From a virus (lineage: Duplodnaviria; Caudoviricetes): DNA of 46,178 bases. Made by a program: the position numbers and the translations under genes. Location of the stretch: positions 1 to 46,178 of the IMG/VR virus record IMGVR_UViG_3300033412_000026. The stretch is one strand, 5' to 3'. Positions within the stretch are counted from its first letter, which is position 1, and each line of letters opens with the position of its first letter. Below, piece by piece: positions 34,571-43,100 of this stretch. Under the pieces are notes generated by a model. It searched no databases. It saw nothing but the letters and a program-made list of their open reading frames with translations, and was not told the origin of the DNA.

Positions 34571-34573
34571 AAG

Positions 34574-34648
34574 TGGTACGGCTGCACGGAGTCGAACCGT
34601 GATCCCCTGCGTATCAGGCAGGCACACTAACCGTTGTGCTACAACCGA
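34574..34648 (-). tRNA. trnI: tRNA-Ile(GAT)
   Basis: CCTGC-CTGATAC-GCAGG; CCA encoded. Confidence 0.9.
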
Positions 34649-34649
34649 G

Positions 34650-34717
34650 TGGAGATTCGGGGAATCGAACCCCGCTGAGTCGGTTTGCAAAACCAACCTG
34701 TCACCTTAACAACCCCC
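34650..34717 (-). tRNA. trnA: tRNA-Ala(TGC), D-arm reduced
   Basis: Loop TTTGCAA; G3.U70 and A73 retained; 68 nt. Confidence 0.82.
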
Positions 34718-34719
34718 AG

Positions 34720-34787
34720 AAGCCCAGTCGGATTCGAACCGATCCCGCCGCTTTGCAGGCGGCGTCCTCACCAAGAGGATCAGGACC
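34720..34787 (-). tRNA. trnC: tRNA-Cys(GCA), atypical D-arm
   Basis: GCCGC-CTGCAAA-GCGGC; U73. Confidence 0.82.
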
Positions 34788-34790
34788 ACG

Positions 34791-34874
34791 TGGTTGGACG
34801 TCTCGGAATCGAACCGAGCAAGCCGCGTCGCGACGCAGGGGTTACAGCCCCGCTTGTGTCCCAGCACCCATCCA
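34791..34874 (-). tRNA. trnY: tRNA-Tyr(GTA), D-arm reduced
   Basis: Loop CTGTAAC; long variable arm; CCA encoded. Confidence 0.85.
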
Positions 34875-34875
34875 G

Positions 34876-34957
34876 CGGAAGAAGGTGGAGTCGAACCACC
34901 GGGCGTTACCCCGAACTCCCTTAGCAGGGGAGGTGGCCGCCACCGGCCACATCTTCC
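34876..34957 (-). tRNA. trnS: tRNA-Ser(GCT), 6-bp D-stem
   Basis: CTCCC-CTGCTAA-GGGAG; variable arm; G73. Confidence 0.85.
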
Positions 34958-34959
34958 AG

Positions 34960-35044
34960 AGGAAAGTAGAGGAATCGAACCCCCAGGCTGTCACACCCGG
35001 CACGGCTTTCTAGACCGCTTGCCCACCATTGGACGCTACCTTCC
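34960..35044 (-). tRNA. trnS: tRNA-Ser(AGA)
   Basis: GCGGT-CTAGAAA-GCCGT; long variable arm; U73. Confidence 0.85.
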
Positions 35045-35048
35045 ACAG

Positions 35049-35120
35049 CTGCTCCCCCAGGATTCGAACCCAGTACAAGTGGTCCAGAGCCACCTATGTT
35101 GCCGATTACACCAGAGAGCA
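35049..35120 (-). tRNA. trnQ: tRNA-Gln(CTG)
   Basis: GGTGG-CTCTGGA-CCACT; U1:A72, G73. Confidence 0.92.
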
Positions 35121-35125
35121 TAGAG

Positions 35126-35195
35126 CACGCCCGGCAGGAGTCGAACCCGCAGACCTTGGCTTTGGAGACCAGGTCAGTACCACTACCTCGAACGC
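35126..35195 (-). tRNA. trnW: tRNA-Trp(CCA), D-arm reduced
   Basis: Loop CTCCAAA; G73. Confidence 0.82.
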
Positions 35196-35196
35196 A

Positions 35197-35267
35197 TGGC
35201 TCGTCAGGGATTCGAACCCTGGTCTTCAGGTTATGAGCCTGACGTGGAACCTCTCCACTAACGAGCA
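35197..35267 (-). tRNA. trnM: tRNA-Met(CAT) (elongator/initiator/Ile2 unresolved)
   Basis: TCAGG-CTCATAA-CCTGA; 1:72 mismatch. Confidence 0.85.
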
Positions 35268-35268
35268 G

Positions 35269-35339
35269 AGCCCTGTGCGAGAATCGAACTCGCAACCTCT
35301 GTTTGGAAGACAGGTATGTTACCACTACACCAACAGGGC
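35269..35339 (-). tRNA. trnG: tRNA-Gly(TCC)
   Basis: Loop CTTCCAA; U73. Confidence 0.92.
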
Positions 35340-35341
35340 AA

Positions 35342-35423
35342 GTCACGAGCGGCGGGTTGCTGAATCCCCACACCCTAGACGTGGTCCAGGGGCCAGGAGT
35401 TGCACCTGGGATCTCCGCTCTCG
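35342..35423 (-). ncRNA. Circularly permuted tRNA-like module (YrlA/Y RNA-like)
   Basis: GAGCGG-AGATC-[CCAGG-TGCAACT-CCTGG]-CCCCTGG-A-CCA-CG-TCTAGGG-TG-[D-like arm]-CCGCTC. Confidence 0.65.
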
Positions 35424-35494
35424 TCTCTCTGGAAGGAATCGAACCTTCTTTGCCTGTTCCCAAAACAGGTGTGGTGCCAATCCACTACAAAGAG
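35424..35494 (-). tRNA. trnP: tRNA-Pro(TGG)
   Basis: CCTGT-TTTGGGA-ACAGG; C1:G72, A73. Confidence 0.9.
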
Positions 35495-35503
35495 ATAACG
35501 TGT

Positions 35504-35526
35504 CAGCCGTACTTAGGTACGGCTGG
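35504..35526 (-). promoter_or_regulatory. Hairpin between ejection gene and tRNA array
   Basis: CAGCCGTAC-TTAG-GTACGGCTG, no U tract. Confidence 0.45.
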
Positions 35527-35540
35527 TCACGTCTTCTAAG

Positions 35541-36713
35541 TTACCTTGCTCCGCCGCGAGACGCAAGTCCAGAGCGGGCACCACCTGCGGCACCACTGAA
35601 CGTGCCCTTCTCACGGTTGATCAGGGTCTCACGCTGCTTGCTTGCCTCGGTCCCGCCGACGAACACGTCCTCCTCGGCCTGGCGCTGAGTCCAGCCGCCA
35701 CCGTAGATCTGGCCCAGGGTCTTGAGGTCACTGAACTCGTCAGCGATCTTGGCGTATCCCTGAGCTGCCTCCTCGCGACCGATGCCAGAGGTTGCCAGGT
35801 TCTCTGCGTACGTCTTGTCGAAGTCCAGGCCACGCTGTAGCGCCTCGGCTCCGATGGCTGCGGTAGCCGCAGACTTCTGTAGGTACGGAAGGGCTCGGTC
35901 AGCGTCCAGGAAGTACGCTGCCAGCTCTCCATCCGACAGGCCCATCTGCTTCAGGGCTGCCTTGTACGCAGGGTTGGCGAGCGCAGTGGCCTGCGTCGCC
36001 AGATCCACACGAGACTGTAGCTCCGTGGGGCTCATGTCTCCGCTGATCCAGCCGGTGAAGTCGGAGGCGGAGTCGTAGAAGCCCTCGGGAAGTCCCGACT
36101 GCCTCATGATCTGACGGTAGCTGTTCTCCACTGCGATGTACTCAGCAGGCGACAGTACGGACATGCCCGCCTTGAGGCGGGCCTCGTTCGCTGCGAACCT
36201 CTTCTTGTACTCAGGAGTGTCCTGGAGCAGGATGGAGATGGTGTCAGCGCCGTAACCGTTCTTCACGTACTCGTAGATCTTGCCAGCCAGACTGCCGAGA
36301 CCGTACTGCTGGAACAGGGAGTTGAGCGCCATGAAGGCGTCCCTGTTCTCTCCGGTCAGGAGCTTGTCGTACTGGCCAGTCGACTCGTAGTACTTGTTCT
36401 GGACGGACGTGCGCTTGGTGGTTGCAGCCTTGAGCTGTGCGTCCAGCCTCTTGAGCGTCATCTCCTGGAGGGCGATGTTGCGCTTGTCGGCAGCGGTTGG
36501 CTTCTTCTTGGCCTTCAGTGCCTTCAGCTTGGCGTTGGCCGCAGCGGTCTGCTTCTGAAGGACCTTGAGCTGTGCGTCGAGAGCCTTGAGCTGGATCTCA
36601 AGGGATGCGTTGCTGTCCACCTTGCCTGGCAGGGTTGTCCTGGCCAGGCCGGAAGCGGAGGCAGCAGTCCTCTGAGCCATCAGCTGATGGATCATGTCCT
36701 GCCAGTTAGCCAT
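35541..36713 (-). CDS. Putative internal virion (ejection) protein
   Basis: Helical with coiled-coil N-terminus; TPEYKKRF..N..R...G...LSPAEY...E..Y motif. Confidence 0.75.
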   Translation of the reverse strand: MANWQDMIHQLMAQRTAASASGLARTTLPGKVDSNASLEIQLKALDAQLKVLQKQTAAANAKLKALKAKKKPTAADKRNIALQEMTLKRLDAQLKAATTKRTSVQNKYYESTGQYDKLLTGENRDAFMALNSLFQQYGLGSLAGKIYEYVKNGYGADTISILLQDTPEYKKRFAANEARLKAGMSVLSPAEYIAVENSYRQIMRQSGLPEGFYDSASDFTGWISGDMSPTELQSRVDLATQATALANPAYKAALKQMGLSDGELAAYFLDADRALPYLQKSAATAAIGAEALQRGLDFDKTYAENLATSGIGREEAAQGYAKIADEFSDLKTLGQIYGGGWTQRQAEEDVFVGGTEASKQRETLINREKGTFSGAAGGARSGLASRGGAR

Positions 36714-36722
36714 CGATACTCC

Positions 36723-38024
36723 TTAGTACTTGAATCCGAAGTCTGCCAGGACCTGGTGGCCCACCTGGAACAGACTGTCCTGAGCGTTCTTCGTCTTCTT
36801 CCAGCGAGGGTCGCTGCGCAGTTCGTTCTCGAACTGCCACAGAGGCTTGGCCTCCTTCTGGAGGTTCCCTGGGTTGGTGTAGTTCAGGGCCTTCTTGATC
36901 GTAGTGTCAAACAGGTTGACGCTGCCCTGGGGCAGCTCCAGGATCTGAGCCATGGACTGCATGTATGGTGAAGCGATGTCGGCCACGGACTGACCGGCCT
37001 CGATCTGCTTGGTCCACTGAGGGAACGAAGCCTTCGCCTTGTTCATGATCTCAGACTTGTAGTCCTGAATGGTCGCCACTCCACGCAGGATGTTCCTCGC
37101 CCTGTCCGTGTACCAGGTGTCTCCGAGGGAGACGCCCATGGAGTATGCGTACTCACGCATCTCGTTGATTGCCTCGCCGCCCTCGCCCTGTAGCGTCTCG
37201 CCCTTGAAGGAGACGTACTGACCGAGGTAGTAACGCAGCTGACTCTCGTCCCATCCGAGCGCCACCATGTTGTAGGCGGCCTTGTCCAGGTACTTCTGGA
37301 TGTCCTTAGTCATGATCATGCCCATCTGATTGGCGAGCTGCTTGATCTTGACCTGAGCCTGAGACATCTCCTGCTTGGCGGTTGCCGGGTCAGCCTTGAG
37401 CTGGAGTAGCCACTCCCTCTCGTCCTTGCTGTGCCCCTTCCACCACTTCGTATTGCGCAGCTTGGCCTGGAACTTATCGGCGCTCCATCCTCCAGCGACA
37501 GCGTCCTGGAACAGCTTCTTCAGCTCCTTGTTGGAGTTCAGGAAGCTGGAGACGAAGCCGTACTGCTCCGCTAGCTCTGCGCTTGATAGCTTTGGCGTGG
37601 CCGTACTCCCTGTCGAGAAGTTGGAGGATGACCCTCCAGATGGATACTTGTATGCCTTGTTGATGACCGAGTCTACGTAGCCCTTGATGGACGGGCCACC
37701 AGGCTGTGACTTGGTGGACATGTGCAGGTTCGGGTTACCCGAATACCAGGCGCTCGCCGCTCCGCGAGCGCCGTACTTGTTGTAGTACGACTGGAGCTTG
37801 CCCCTCGCTACAGCTTCCTGCGCCTTGGGGTTGTTCAGGTACTGCTGAGGAGTCAGGCTCTTGCCGTAGTACTGCTTGGTCCAGCTCGGGATGTTGAAGT
37901 CCATGACCTGGTACTTACCGTAGGCGCGGTGTCCATTGACCCATACACCCACGGCATTGTACCTGCCGTTGGACTCCTGCTCAGAGATGGCAGAGAAGAA
38001 CTGCTCGAAGGTCGGCTGTCCCAC
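36723..38024 (-). CDS. Internal virion protein with N-terminal lysozyme/lytic transglycosylase domain
   Basis: QES.G.Y, AYGKYQ.M, AWYSG, YV..V; C-terminus paralogous to next gene. Confidence 0.85.
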   Translation of the reverse strand: MGQPTFEQFFSAISEQESNGRYNAVGVWVNGHRAYGKYQVMDFNIPSWTKQYYGKSLTPQQYLNNPKAQEAVARGKLQSYYNKYGARGAASAWYSGNPNLHMSTKSQPGGPSIKGYVDSVINKAYKYPSGGSSSNFSTGSTATPKLSSAELAEQYGFVSSFLNSNKELKKLFQDAVAGGWSADKFQAKLRNTKWWKGHSKDEREWLLQLKADPATAKQEMSQAQVKIKQLANQMGMIMTKDIQKYLDKAAYNMVALGWDESQLRYYLGQYVSFKGETLQGEGGEAINEMREYAYSMGVSLGDTWYTDRARNILRGVATIQDYKSEIMNKAKASFPQWTKQIEAGQSVADIASPYMQSMAQILELPQGSVNLFDTTIKKALNYTNPGNLQKEAKPLWQFENELRSDPRWKKTKNAQDSLFQVGHQVLADFGFKY

Positions 38025-38025
38025 C

Positions 38026-39327
38026 TTACTGTCCTCCGATCATCCCCATGTCCTTCAGGACCTTGAGGCCAGTAGCCATCGCTCCATCCTGAGCGCCCTT
38101 AGTCTGCCTCCAGCGTGGATCATTCCTGATGAGCTGCTGGAACTGTGTCTGGTCAAGCCCCACGGGCTTGCCCTGACTGTTGACGCCATTCAGGGCCCGC
38201 TTGATGAGCGGGTCCGTCAGGCTGATCTTGGTGTACGGAATCTCCAGATCCTCCGCCATGGTCTGCATGTACGGAGAGGCGATGTCCATCATGGTCTGCC
38301 CAGCCTGGAGCTGCTGAGTGTAACCGGGATAGAGGCTGATCGCCTGGTTGGTGATCTGGTTCTTGAAGTCCTGCTCGGTAGCCATCCCCCTGGCGATGAG
38401 CTGTGCCTGGTTCTTGATGGCCTGCTTGTCGACGGACACGCCGTTCGTGTAAGCGAACTGGCGGATCATGTTCTCGTACTGACCGGCCTCGCCGTTGAGG
38501 GTGCTGCCGTTCTTCTGGAACTGAATGTATCCACCGAGCACGTTACGCAGTCCGGCCTCGTCAAGGCCGGTGGTCAGGACCTGCTCGACCACCTTGTTGA
38601 GCTTGTTCGGCGGGATGGCTGCGCCCATCTCCGCCGCTAGCTGCTGCACCTGAACCTTGACCGCAGAGACCTTGGCGTTATATGTAGCCGGGTCAGTCTG
38701 CTTCTCCATCTGGGCCTTGCGCATGGTGTCCGAGTTCTTCTTCCACCACTCGGTGTTCCTCAGCTTGGCCTGGAACTTGTCGGCAGACCAGCTACCGTCC
38801 ACAGCCTCATCGAAGAGGCCGCGTAGCTCCTTGTTGGACTTGAGGAAGCCGTACGCCCAGCCGTACTCGGCTGCCAGCTCCTCTGGGCTGAGCTTCTTGG
38901 TGTCCGTTGGATCCCAGTCGCCAGCCTTGCCTCCGCCCTCGATGCCGCTTACGCGGCGTCCGCCCATGAAGGCGTTCTGGTAGTAGCCGGAGGTGAGGGA
39001 GACGATCTCCACGTTCTTGCCAGGGCGGGGAGCATGGATCATCTTGCCACCACCGAGGTAGATCCCGACGTGGTCGGGACCCTTGACGTTCGGGTTGGTG
39101 TCGAAGAAGACCATGTCCCCAGCCTGAAGCTCGTTCATGCCGACCGACTTGCCCTCACCGATCTGACTGTACGTGGTGCGAGAGACGTTGATGCCGAAGT
39201 GCTTGTAGACCTGCTGGACAAGGCCGGAGCAGTCCACTCCACCGGACAGGGAGTTGCCGCCCCACACGTAGGGCGTGCCGGTCCACTGCTTAGCCCAGTC
39301 AGCTAGCTCTGCTCCGTTGATTGCCAT
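38026..39327 (-). CDS. Internal virion protein with N-terminal NlpC/P60 peptidase
   Basis: GTPYVWGG, DCSG, GDMVFF, HVGIY, MIHA. Confidence 0.9.
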   Translation of the reverse strand: MAINGAELADWAKQWTGTPYVWGGNSLSGGVDCSGLVQQVYKHFGINVSRTTYSQIGEGKSVGMNELQAGDMVFFDTNPNVKGPDHVGIYLGGGKMIHAPRPGKNVEIVSLTSGYYQNAFMGGRRVSGIEGGGKAGDWDPTDTKKLSPEELAAEYGWAYGFLKSNKELRGLFDEAVDGSWSADKFQAKLRNTEWWKKNSDTMRKAQMEKQTDPATYNAKVSAVKVQVQQLAAEMGAAIPPNKLNKVVEQVLTTGLDEAGLRNVLGGYIQFQKNGSTLNGEAGQYENMIRQFAYTNGVSVDKQAIKNQAQLIARGMATEQDFKNQITNQAISLYPGYTQQLQAGQTMMDIASPYMQTMAEDLEIPYTKISLTDPLIKRALNGVNSQGKPVGLDQTQFQQLIRNDPRWRQTKGAQDGAMATGLKVLKDMGMIGGQ

Positions 39328-39330
39328 GCC

Positions 39331-40173
39331 TTAGCTTCCTCCACCGATCATCTGCATCATCGCATCGAAGTACGTAGTCGCTGCCTGGTAGGCACCGAAC
39401 TCCGGATCCCTCTTGACGTCCTCGACTGCCATGAGCTGACGAGCGCCCTCCTTGACTCCACCCTTGGTCGTACTGGACTGGCCAGTGACCGTGTCGCCCA
39501 TGTAGTTGGTCGTCTGGGTGGTGACGGTTGGGTTCGCCTTCTCGTAGGCATTCAGCGCCTTCTGGAAGGCGCTGATCTCAGACTTGGTCGGGTCACGTCC
39601 CAGTAGGGACTGAGCCGCCTGAAGGAAGATCGCATGAGCGTCCTCCCTCGTGGACATGTCGTAGGCGGTGCTCGTCTGAGTCACCGAGCGAGGCGTGTTC
39701 AGGTATGCCTCGCGCTGCTTCATGTCCTTGGCCAGGATGTCCCAGGGTGTCATGGAGTTGCCAGCGGCGTAGTACGCCGCTGCCTGCTGGGCGTATGAAG
39801 CCCACATCCCCGCGATCTGGGAATCCTGCATTCCGTTGGTGTCGTACCCAGCCAGGTTCAGCTGGCTCAGGAACTTGTCCCGAGTCTTCTGATCCCAGTT
39901 GTAGTACTGACCGGCCACCTGCGAGAGCGTGGCCGTCTTGGCTCCGAGGAGCCTCTCGTAGTACTTCGGGTCGGTAGAGCCGACGTTGAAGTGCTCGGGC
40001 AGCGTCTTGTTGCTGTACCCGAGGAACACGAGAGGATCCTGTGCGGATGCCGACTTCTTGGGTGCGGACCCGGCCGCAGCACTCTTCACCGCATCAGAGA
40101 AGGACTGCTCCTTCTTCTTCTGGGTTGGAGAGCCGAGACCGGTTCCACCACCTACTCCATCGCCGTCAGCCAC
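39331..40173 (-). CDS. Putative internal virion protein
   Basis: A/Q/T-rich, LLGRDPT motif, in ejection cluster. Confidence 0.75.
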   Translation of the reverse strand: MADGDGVGGGTGLGSPTQKKKEQSFSDAVKSAAAGSAPKKSASAQDPLVFLGYSNKTLPEHFNVGSTDPKYYERLLGAKTATLSQVAGQYYNWDQKTRDKFLSQLNLAGYDTNGMQDSQIAGMWASYAQQAAAYYAAGNSMTPWDILAKDMKQREAYLNTPRSVTQTSTAYDMSTREDAHAIFLQAAQSLLGRDPTKSEISAFQKALNAYEKANPTVTTQTTNYMGDTVTGQSSTTKGGVKEGARQLMAVEDVKRDPEFGAYQAATTYFDAMMQMIGGGS

Positions 40174-43100
40174 TTACGCCTCCTGCCTCAAGACTGTCCA
40201 TCATTCCGATTCCAGGCTGCTGTGGGGCAGCCTGCTCACCGATGATCGAAGCGTCACCGAAGAGAAGGTTCTGCTGCTCCTCCTCGTCGGCCTTCGTGTC
40301 GAGGTTGAAGCCCATGTCCGTAGCGAAGTACCTGCTGTGGACCCAGGAGAACTTGGTGTCCTGCTCCATGAGCTGCATCACCATGTCATCCCAAGAGGTC
40401 TTCAGGTCGTTGTTCGACTGAGCAGTGATGTCCGCAGATCCACCCTCCTGGTCGCGCTGAGCAAGCACTGCCTGCATCTGTGCACGGTAGGTGAGGTAGG
40501 TCTTCATGGAGTACACGTCGGAGCGCTGGCCGACAGTGCCGTCAGGCAGTGCGGCCTTTGCCCAGATCTCAGGGTCACTCACGATCTTCGACCACTTCTG
40601 AGCGTTGATGTCATACTTCGCCTTGTCCATCTTACCGAACTCACGAGTCCACGCCTCGTTGTACCACTTGTTCGGCTCGCCGTTCAGGGTCGGAGAGGTA
40701 AGCACGGTGATGGCCGCCTTGCGCATGGCCTCAAGATCCTCGGCTCCGTCGTCGTTGTACGACGCCAGACCTCGATCGAACAGGTCAGCGTTGACCATGT
40801 CCATGATGGAGTTGTACTGCTTCCATCCACGGTCGATCTTCGCTGCATCCATGGCCTCGCGAGCCGACATGTTGCTTCGGTCCGGAGTGTTCGATGCGGG
40901 GTCTACGGAGTGGGACTTCTGGTAATAGAATGCCCCGTCCGAGTATACTCCATCACCCTCGGATCCGACTACTGCACCAGCCCACTCGGGGCCGAGGTCG
41001 CCAATCAGATCCTGGTAGTGCTTGGACATCTTCACGCTCTCCGCCGTGGGGCGGAGACCGCTGTTGTTCTTGCTCATGGACTGAGAGAACAGGTACAGGC
41101 TGTCGCCGTACTTGTCGTAGAACTTCTCGTCCGCAGAGTTGGGGTCCAGCTTCTGTAGCCTCTGGAACTCGTCACGGAAGTACTGGTACGGATCCTGGCC
41201 GTTCACGGAGAACGGAAGCCCGAAGGCTGCCGCAGTCCTGAAGATGGTCCAGCGATCGGCCCTGTCCTTCAGCTCATCCCAGGTGGGCTCAGTGTCGCGC
41301 AGCCCCTCCTCGTACTTGTAGTTCTCGACCTGCATCATGTAGAACAGCGCACGCTGCTTGGTCTGGCCCATGTCGTCATTCGCCTGAGACAGGCGCTGAC
41401 CGGTGGTCGGGTTGACGAAGTTGGTCCAAGAGTCCTGCGGCCCGAACGGCAGGACACCCATCTTCTTCGACCAGTCGGCGAAGCCAGGGTCATCCTGTGC
41501 GAAGTGGTTGGCTGCGATCTGGACGTATGGTCCAGCGCCAACCGGAAGTGCACCGTCACCGTTGTTCAGGACCAGCTCAAGGCTGGACATCGGAACGACG
41601 AACGAGGCATCCTCGTCAAGACCAAGGGCCTTGTTGAGCTTCTTCCCACCCAGGTACTCGGGAACCTGGATCAGCATCTTCCTGTCCGTGTACGAGGTGA
41701 GCTTACGCTCACCCGTCAGAGGGTCAGTGCTGTATCCGGCACCGTCGACCGGGTTACCGTCCTGGTCCACCACGAGACCGGCGCGAGCTGGTGCTCCGTA
41801 GACCTGAGCCACATGAGGCAGAACCTGCGGCTTGTCCGAGATGATCCTTGCCCAGCGGTTCCAGCTCTCCTGCTGCGCCCCGAAGAACGCGCCGAAGTTG
41901 CGGAGCATGTAGCTCATCTTGGACTCGGAGTCAAGCGTGAAGGTGAACTTCTTGACATCGTCGAGCGCACCCTTGCGGGCGTTCTCCTCCATCGCCTTGC
42001 GCATAGTGTCGTCAAGGTGGGTTACACCCTGAGCGCGCATGATGCGAAGCTGGTCAGCCAGGTGAGCCTTGTAGCTCTGGCCGAACAGCGGGTGGCGAAG
42101 GAACTTCTGAGCGGGCAGCTGGTTCGCCCACTTGTAGAAGCTGTTGATGCTGGAGTTCATGAGCTGCGCGACAGGGCTGGTACCCTCCGCGTACCTCCAC
42201 GTCTCACCGTTGACCATCGGCCTGTTGGCGAGTGGCGTGTCCTTCAGTAGCTGGGTGATGCTCTCGCCCTTGGCTGCTGCGGCCCTGATCTGATCCATGC
42301 CTGGAAGGGCAGGGTTCATCACGTGGTCCACCTCGGCCTTGATGAGGCGAGCCTGCTCATCCACGCTGCGAGCGGAAGGCTTCACGTCGTGAGCGTAGCG
42401 TCGACCCTCTGGGGTCGACCTCATCCAGTGAGCCAGCTCGGATTCGGACTTGCCAGCCATTGCCAGCTTGCCGACCTCGGACTGAGCGATCTGACGGGAG
42501 ATGACACGCTCCCACGCCTGTAGGTGCTTCTCGGCTCCGTGAGTCACGGGGTCGATGTGCTCCCAGTCGCGACGACGAACCTCCTTCAGGTACCAGTCGG
42601 TCTGGGTTCCCATCAGGTTGAACATGTTGCGACCACCGCTGGAGAGGTCTGCGAACAGCTCTCCCTGCTGGCCTCCGAAGTACGGAGAGAAGACCTCGCG
42701 GCCGATCCTCACGTCCTTCTTGGATGCACCAGTCGCGGCAATGGCAGACAGGTTCGCGTGCTCGTCACGCACGCGCATGGTGTCGTCAATCAGAGTGGTT
42801 AGGTCATCCTCAAGTGAGGTGACGTCCTGGCCCTTGGCCTTCCCTCGGGTGATCTGCGCCTTCAGGTTGGCCTGCATGGTTGCCATCTGGCTGAGCTGAG
42901 TCTCCTTGTTGGCCATGTCCAGCTTGAGCTGAGCCGTCCTGTTGCGACGGATCGTTGCGTTGAACATGTCCTTCATGCCGTCAGCCGTACCGGAGGCGGT
43001 GCGCATCAGCATGGCAGCCCCACCGAAGCGGGCTACCTGACCAAGGAAGTCGTCGGCCAGCGCCCTCGGCGCGTAGCCGATACGGAACAGCTGAGCGAAC

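Noticed and set aside
33449-35494. Regularly recurring GAATCGAACC motif as a CRISPR or tandem repeat
   Set aside because: It is the reverse complement of tRNA T-loops
33330-35688. ORF-track entries over the tRNA array, including the N-terminal extension of 32850..33521
   Set aside because: They overlap cloverleaf tRNAs and lack RBS and codon bias
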